From assembly GCA_051942245.1 (NCBI GenBank), contig JAVECL010000198.1:1-36905 (forward strand): a DNA stretch of 36,905 nt, written 5' to 3'. Positions 30,011-36,905 of the stretch are shown here, in pieces; the first letter of the stretch is position 1; each line of letters opens with the position of its first letter. The position numbers and the translations under genes are program-made. Below the pieces are notes generated by a model. That model saw only the letters and a list, made by a program, of their open reading frames with translations. It ran no database searches and was not told the origin of the DNA. The DNA comes from Trypethelium eluteriae (lineage: Eukaryota).

Positions 30011-32994
30011 GCGATGCTGGGAACTTGCAATAGCTACTCTAGAATGACCAGACTCGTGGACACGGTGGAAGCAAATCTATGCTTTTAGCCCGTCTCACTT
30101 TTTCGACAGTTACTATTATCTCCCAGCGGCATGTCATCATTTTCGTGGTGTTTAGTGTGGAAAGCATAGCATCTGTAGAGGTGGGACGTGAATGAACCCG
30201 CATTATGTATGGTACTCATTTTTGATATCTATCCGAGTGAATAGCTCGGGCATACCCAATTTTTTCGGGGTTGCGGCGGCAGTGCTCGGCAATGCGTGAG
30301 GGTGCCAAAGTTTCACTATAAGCGAAAGTGCTATTGAAGAGAGAGGTATTCGATCAATATTAGGTTGCTCAGGTGGGATTGGTGGGATTAATGGGACATA
30401 TGTACAGTCTCCAAATAGGCGAAGGTGTCCTTGTATTCTCCCATCCCCTGCGCCACAATTTGTCATTTGATGTGTCGCTTCCCAAGCGAAGAGATTGGGT
30501 GCGATGGTATGAGGGAAAGGTACGATCTTATGATTGGCCGATTTCGCATATTACTCGGACAGCAAAAAAATTGGGCAGGAGAAAAAGAGGAAGGCAGTGC
30601 TCTTCTCTGCAGGCACCTTGGGGGTTCTGAAGACGCTTGCTGGATGGGGGCAGTGGTCATCCAGATGTGGGACCTTCTGGGTGGAGATATTTGATTTTTT
30701 TCTGTCCATGCTATCACTCCTCACCGGCTACACACGCTAACATCGAGCCTTTGGTGGAACTTGAGACAGACAGCTCACCATGCATAGAGGCAGGTCTTAG
30801 ACTGAGCTGAATTCAAAAGGCAATCTCCGGCGTAAAGTTTCTATGGACTGGAACAGTTGCGGACGCACCTGTTTGGCGCGAGCAATGTAGCTGTAAAGTC
30901 TGACGAAAGCCAATGAAAACTTAGGCCGCTGTTGTTATCCTGTTAACCTTTTAGCTTTCAAAGCGCCTTTTGGGCGCTAGGGATGCAGCATTGCACCTAT
31001 TGCTGATTTGTTGTGACTTCTTGTGCATCAGCCTAAATGCCGACAAGCTGAAGTCAAGTATGCGTTCCCCGACGCTCTGCGGAGTACGTATATGAGCATT
31101 AACCCACTCGTTCATCATAGACTTACGATGCGGCTGCACGTCATCCGTGGGCTTCCCTTCCAGGATGACAGTCGCCAAGGCAGCTGAATGTAGATTCCCG
31201 GATGCTTGGAGGGGCAGCTGGTTGTCGCAATCTTCCCAATCTGACAAGCTGCATGACCTTTCTCAAGCAGTTCCACATCCATTGTATAAGCACAGCAACA
31301 AGAGCCGATGAGCCCGCCAACAACAGATGGGTGAAATGGTTCCTCCTCAAGCTGCAGATCTATGCCTCGGCAAGGTCTAGAATTCAATGTCAGGTGATGT
31401 GCTGGAGGCAAGCGATCGGATCAGCGACCAGGATGCGTACATTGCATGCCCCTCCACCTCATGGCATTTGCAAATCAGCTAGCCACAAATGCGCCTCGAT
31501 GAAAAACCCTGACCAAGAATAGCCTCTCCCACTGCGCTGCGGTTCCATCCGTGAGTGGATCGACGGGTAGTGTGCACGCCAAAGCAAGCCGCAAGCGCTG
31601 CAAGTGATTGGCTGTCCCTCGGGGTGGGTTTTATCGATTTGTTGGTACTGTATTCACAATGACTCCGTGCTGTGGAGTCGCACAGATCGGTTAGAATACG
31701 GGGTAGAAACGCGCAGAGGCCGGATGAGAGTGGGTGTAGGAACGGGAATAAATCGCGGAATAGGGGTAAACAAGACCAAAAGGAATTACCGACGTGAACA
31801 GGTGTGACTAGGGCGGGATAGGAGCAATGAATATTTAGAGGACGGCAGTACTAAATACGGTGCCTGAAAGGATTTTCCCTACAACGAACCCCGAGTAAAT
31901 CCTGGGATGGCGTGGATGGGCGGAGGTCGGCGGAATCGTGTCTAAGAGCCGAGTGTAGAGCGTTTCCGCCCAACCAGATCTCCTGTGAACCATCTCCACT
32001 TTGGGATGAAGAAGCAAGATGGACGATTCCTAGTCATTGTATACACTTGGCTCAAAGAGGCAGATGGTTAGGCACTTGGGCGCAAAGCCGGGATCGGCGA
32101 AGATGGACGATGGACGATGCATGGCAGATAGCAGATGGCGAGGTTTCAGCGGGTGCCCTTGGGCGCGGAGGCGTCACGCTTTCAGGCTAATGAATGACTC
32201 GGATATCTCAAGACTGAGCATCGTCAATCGCAGCTGGGGCCGTGAGAGCTGCCGCCATGTGGCTGCTCCCACCACTCCTGCCCCTCACGCATCATCAGTT
32301 GGAGCTAATCCGTTAGCTGTGCACGCTGTGGGCACGCTCTGGGCACTGCTGGAACCGCGTCACGACTAGGCTTGCGGGCCGGCCATTGAAACGCCAGACA
32401 CACCAACCCTGAACGCTCACCGACGCCCTTAATTTTTTCCCCGGCCTCGAGGCTTCGTCCGTAAGGTAAGCTATCTAATTACAACTAAGGTACGGGACGG
32501 AGAAGGTCGTCGACGTCGGCTGGCCAGCGCGACTCGAGGGGACCTGTTCCGAAGCCCCAGGGGGACGCCTGACACCTTTATCACCCATCCCGCCTCGGCG
32601 CCTCCCATCGCACGGCATGCCGCGCATTTCACAAAGCACCCAATGTCTGCTCTCTGCTGTCCGCTCCGCTCTGTCCAAGCGTTCAAATGCAGCAGTCCCC
32701 CCGATCTCCCGACTTCTTGACCTTTGACATCCAATCGATGAAACGACGACGACGACATGGGAAGACGCTGAATGACACTACATACATCAGAAACCCCCGT
32801 CAACCCCCGTCCTGTCCATCGGCCTGTTGTGACCCCTGAGCCTTGCGTCTCGTTTTAGACCCGCGGGCACACAATTGCTTGTTACTACGGAGTACCCTGC
32901 GTCCAGACTGCTCAGACGGGTTGTTGGATCTAAACATTAGCTTTCGACCCCGACCACTGCAACTCGTCATTCCTGCAGCGTGCTGATATTCCGA

Positions 32995-33160
32995 GTAAGT
33001 ATCATTCGCTCGTTTCTTTCTCCATCCCCGTTCCTTCCCGTCGAAACGAGAGCTTGGGCCCCCAAGCATTACCAGTTTGATCTGCCAAACCTGCATTTCG
33101 AGATCTGTTATTCACAAATACTGTTGCCTGTTAATACTATCACCGTGCTCTCCCCCTCAG
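32995..33160 (+). other. Putative 5'-UTR intron upstream of the Zn2Cys6 TF
   Basis: Perfect GTAAGT donor at 32995, branch-like GTTAAT at about 33130, pyrimidine tract and CAG ending at 33160; no coding frame is joined. Confidence 0.4.
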
Positions 33161-33636
33161 CTGCTAGGGTCTGGATGCGCCCCGAACTCTTGGGTCAAAC
33201 CCTCTCAGTCATCCAATCCCTTTCCTAAAACTCCGTTCACGCTACGCAGCGTTGCGGATGTCCTCGCTAAGTCCTCACACTCTGCTTCGCCCCAATCTGT
33301 ACCTTTTCCATTTGGACGTCAATAGAGGCGTACACTAGCTCTGACGTGCTGCACATTGCGATCAGCACTCAGCACTCGCTTCTTGTACCTTGCAGCACCC
33401 AATCCTACTCAAAACAGCAACAATCGTGCTTTGTTTCACGGCCGCCTCGCTATCGTCGATCAGAAGCAACTTCATACGTCCATTTAGACTGACTTGGAGT
33501 AACAACAAATACAGGTGCTATCTTAACCCCGGCGCAGTCAGTCTTCCAAGGTCATGTATTATCATAATCTACATTGAAAGTGCTCGTTGCACAGTAACAC
33601 AGTCATCACTCGTAATACCTTGCGACATCCCACCAT

Positions 33637-36600
33637 ATGGCATCAGAAAGTGCTTCGCCGCCAGCAGAGGACCCTACCACAGAAAATGTAGCCGCAAATG
33701 AGCCCACTGCGCCGGCAGAGCCGACCACTGCCCCGCGCTCAAGAGCTTCCAGAAGAAGAACTAAGACAGGATGTTTAACTTGTCGAAAACGTCGTATCAA
33801 ATGCGGCGAAGAACGACCTATCTGCAACAACTGTATAAAATCAAAACGACATTGCGAAGGCTACAACCCACGAGTAGTTTTCAAGCCTCCAAATACCGAC
33901 TTTCGGGTTCCCGGCGGTGGCAGCACTATTCCCTTTCACACGGGTTCTCTGCCTGGAACGGCGAGAACTCCTCACCAAAATCAAATATTACAAACTGCAC
34001 AAGCTTTTCCACTCACTCCTCTGCTACCTCGAGGACCAGGTCAGCAAGACTATGGCGTGGCGGGCGACCCTGTTTCTGCCACGACCGGGCACAACCAGTT
34101 CATGGGGACGTTTTTCCAATATGGAACTCCACAATCTGAACAGGTTCGCCAGCAAGTTCCACTTCCAGATCAGTATCCCTCGAGCTCAGAAGCATACGAA
34201 CAACCATTTGTTCAGGCCCAATTTCCCGCATCGGGTCAACCTCCGCCCACTCCCGTATCTGCGAACCTGCAGGCACAGCGCACGTTTGACTACACCCAGT
34301 ACGGGGCATACTCAAGCCCTACACCTATTCATGCATCGACGCCCATTACGATAACAGCTCAGACCCCTGACACCTCCTTTACAATGCCATTTCACGGTCT
34401 TCCTTCAGAACAACGTGCAGTGAGGCCTGAATGGCGGACGAATATATTTGATGGACAAATTAATCACCAGCAACCACGACAGCAGTCCCCGTATAATCAG
34501 TCTACACATCCTCTTCCAACCCATCCGCAGGGATATAATCCGTTGTCGACACCAGTCACTCCATCGCAAGGTATGGGCAATTTCCACACCCCTTTTGCGT
34601 ACCTCTGCGTTGGCAATACTGGTGCCGTTGATTTCCCCGAGCATCTGAAATTTGAGCAAGCGACAGCCTGATATTCGACCAAGGATCTAATTCGGTTTTA
34701 CCTTCAGAACTCCCCGCCTCGACCTACCCCGCTTCACAGCCCGTGGGCATTTGGTATCAACTACCATCCGGCCTTACTATAAGCCCAAGTCAAGACCTAG
34801 AGCAAGCAGCGATCGAGAATGAAGACGACGATTACTACGATGTCCATTCTGACGAGGATATGGAAATCGACCCAACAGAGGCATCTCTGGTTGGCTACGG
34901 CTCTCAGCACCTTGGACAGGTGATGAAGTTGCATCAAGCCAATACCGATGATCTCCACGCGAGGCGATTTGATTCCTTTCTCTATGCAGGAATTCTGGAT
35001 TCGTATCGCGCCGAATGGGTTGCAAGTCCACTGAAGAACCCTCAAACAGCAAGAGTGTTTGCCCACTTTGTCAATGCGACAGGGCCCAACATCTCGATCT
35101 TTGAGCGGCATACGAGAAACACGTCCGTCCTTTTCAGCGACGGGCCGGTGCCAAAGTATGAGCAAGGTCTCTGGACGTATACCATGCCCATGATGGCCCT
35201 CCATCATCAGGGGTTACTCCACGCGATCCTTGCACTATCCAGTATTCATATCGCTAAGATCCAGAAAGCTTCAATAACACCGTCATTCAAGCACTACGCC
35301 TACTCACTCAAACGGATACGTCATTGTTTGGGCCATCCTCGCAAGCGAAATCAAATCACCACACTTGCAGCATCGCTTTTGTTGGGATTCTATGAGATTA
35401 TGGCAGCCGAGCATTCAAAGTGGAGCAGTCACTTAGCTGGAGCACGACAGTTACTGAACGAAATTGATTTCGCCGGTATGCATAAGGAGCTTCGCCAAAA
35501 AAAGGCTCAGAGGCAAGCGTATGAAGCCCTCGAAGCCCAACGATCAAGAGCTCTTGGATACCATCACAATCTGCGAAGACCCTCCCAACAGTGGCAGCCT
35601 GATGAGATCCCCGACATTGATGAAGGTATCATCAGCCATCTCATGGGGCATGAAGTTCGATATGATGAATATGGGCATGTGTATGGAAGGCCTTCCACGC
35701 CACAAATAAACCCTGCTGAAGTTGACCTTGGGAGATTTGAAGTTTGGCAAGATTTACATTGGTGGTACTGCAAGCAAGACGCCTACCAGAGCATTGTGAG
35801 CGGAAACCAACTTCTGTAAGTGCCGTACTTTGTCATTTTCGAGAAGACTGCTGATTGTATCATTAGTCGCGATTTCCGTCGTTGGTCAGACTGTCCACCT
35901 CGAGGACCCATCAATTCGGCTAATGCTGTTGTCGGCTCCAATGATCATGTGTTCTTACTCCTCGCTCGGGTGGCAGATTTTGCAGCCAGAGACCGCGATA
36001 GAAAGCTAAAGGTCTTGGCGGCGAATGGAGGCGTCTGGAGACCTCCGTCGGGACCTGCGTCGGGACCGCGAGGACCCCCTGGCCCCACTCAGCATGCCGA
36101 TGACCCGAACGCAAGCAGGCCATTAAGTTCTGCGCCGAATACTTCAGGCGCACAAGCAGGGCCACCAGGCATTCCGATGTCCCAGATTCCGTTTTACGGC
36201 ATGATCCCTTCCTCGGAAGTATACATGCCATCGTCATACTCCTCCCACCGCGGCCAATCCACCTATCAGCCTACCTCTCCTCCCCAAACCCCCAGCACCT
36301 CCACCTACGACCTTAACGCAGCCACCACCGCGGCCACCGCAGAATGGACCCGCATTCTAGCCGCCGTCTCTTCCTTCCCCAGCCACCTAGGCGGCCACTT
36401 CCAACCTCTCACAGCCGAAGAGCAGCCCCCACCCATGTCCCCCTTCGGCCCTGCCCTCTGCTACCGCTCCTACGACATCTCCGCCATGTGGCTCATCTAC
36501 CACATGACGCAGATCATCCTGCAGCGCAGCCACCCCTCAATGCCCGTCGCCGCGATGCTCGCGCAAGGCATCGCCGCGCGCCAAACCGCCGACCACGCGC

Positions 36601-36905
36601 TCGCGATCGGCCGCATCGCAGCGGGCATCGTGCCGAACCCGATGCCCGCGCGCCTGAACCCCAGCCTCGGCGCCGCCCTCACCGAGAGCACGATGCCGCT
36701 GTTCTTCGCCGGCGTGCAGTACCGCGAGTATGCGCAGCGCGAGTGGCTGGTCACGCGCGTGCGCAACATCGAGGAGCGCACGGGGTGGGCGAGCGCGGGG
36801 CTCATCGCGACGGGGTGTGAGAAGGCGTGGGTGAAGGCGTATGAGGCGGGGAGGGGACCCAAGTGGGAGGTCTTGATGAGTGCGCCCGAGGCGGTGGATG
36901 AGCGC
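33637..36905 (+). CDS. Zn(II)2Cys6 transcription factor with C-terminal fungal-specific (Fungal_trans_2-like) domain, 3'-truncated by window edge
   Basis: Exons 33637-34570, 34708-35815, 35867->36905, with phases checked. RRRTKTGCLTCRKRRIKCGEERPICNNCIKSKRHCEGY zinc cluster; LLHAILALSSIH, LAASLLLGFYE, WSSHLAGA; open frame continues ...PLFFAGVQYREYAQREWLVTRVRNIEERTGW... to the edge. Confidence 0.9.
36200..36905. other. C-rich to G-rich skew-switch island 5 (Zn2Cys6 TF 3' region)
   Basis: 36241-36300: 34 C / 5 G; 36781-36840: 11 C / 33 G; CpG-dense centre at about 36540-36760. Confidence 0.75.

Noticed and set aside
34571..34742. Apparent premature stop or frameshift splitting the TF into two ORFs
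   Set aside because: Resolved by a GT-AG intron 34571-34707 with a CTAAT branch and correct phase.
36344..36862. ORFs 36344-36820 (+) and 36497-36862 (-)
   Set aside because: Alternative frames of TF exon 3, whose true frame is open to the window edge.

Overview
Eukaryotic, intron-containing DNA from a filamentous ascomycete (Pezizomycotina-type genes, short GT-AG introns with CTRAY-like branch points). I could reconstruct 12 protein-coding genes by hand: the signalling mucin Msb2 (minus strand, runs off the left edge), an RNF216/TRIAD-like RBR E3 ligase, an 8-exon cytochrome P450, the BAR protein Gvp36, a small multi-TM hypothetical protein, an AcpS-type phosphopantetheinyl transferase, a class II chitin synthase, the ER chaperone Rot1, 5-formyl-THF cyclo-ligase (Fau1), Sm protein E, the importin Mtr10, and a Zn(II)2Cys6 transcription factor (runs off the right edge). 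No rRNA, tRNA, intact transposon or CRISPR array was seen. Most listed six-frame ORFs are antisense shadows or exon pieces. The most striking unexplained signal is a recurring 0.6-1.1 kb compositional island. In each island the top strand switches from strongly C-rich to strongly G-rich through a CpG/GC-rich centre. It occurs five times, always over gene 3' regions, on genes of either orientation, and it crosses introns and UTRs. Other points of interest are an (Ser-Ala-Ala)n tract in an unusually long Msb2, a hydrophobic insert splitting the RBR IBR domain, a head-to-head SmE/Mtr10 pair, a phased 10-bp repeat upstream of msb2 and a non-consensus GC-AG intron. All family assignments come from recognising motifs by eye; no database search was run.
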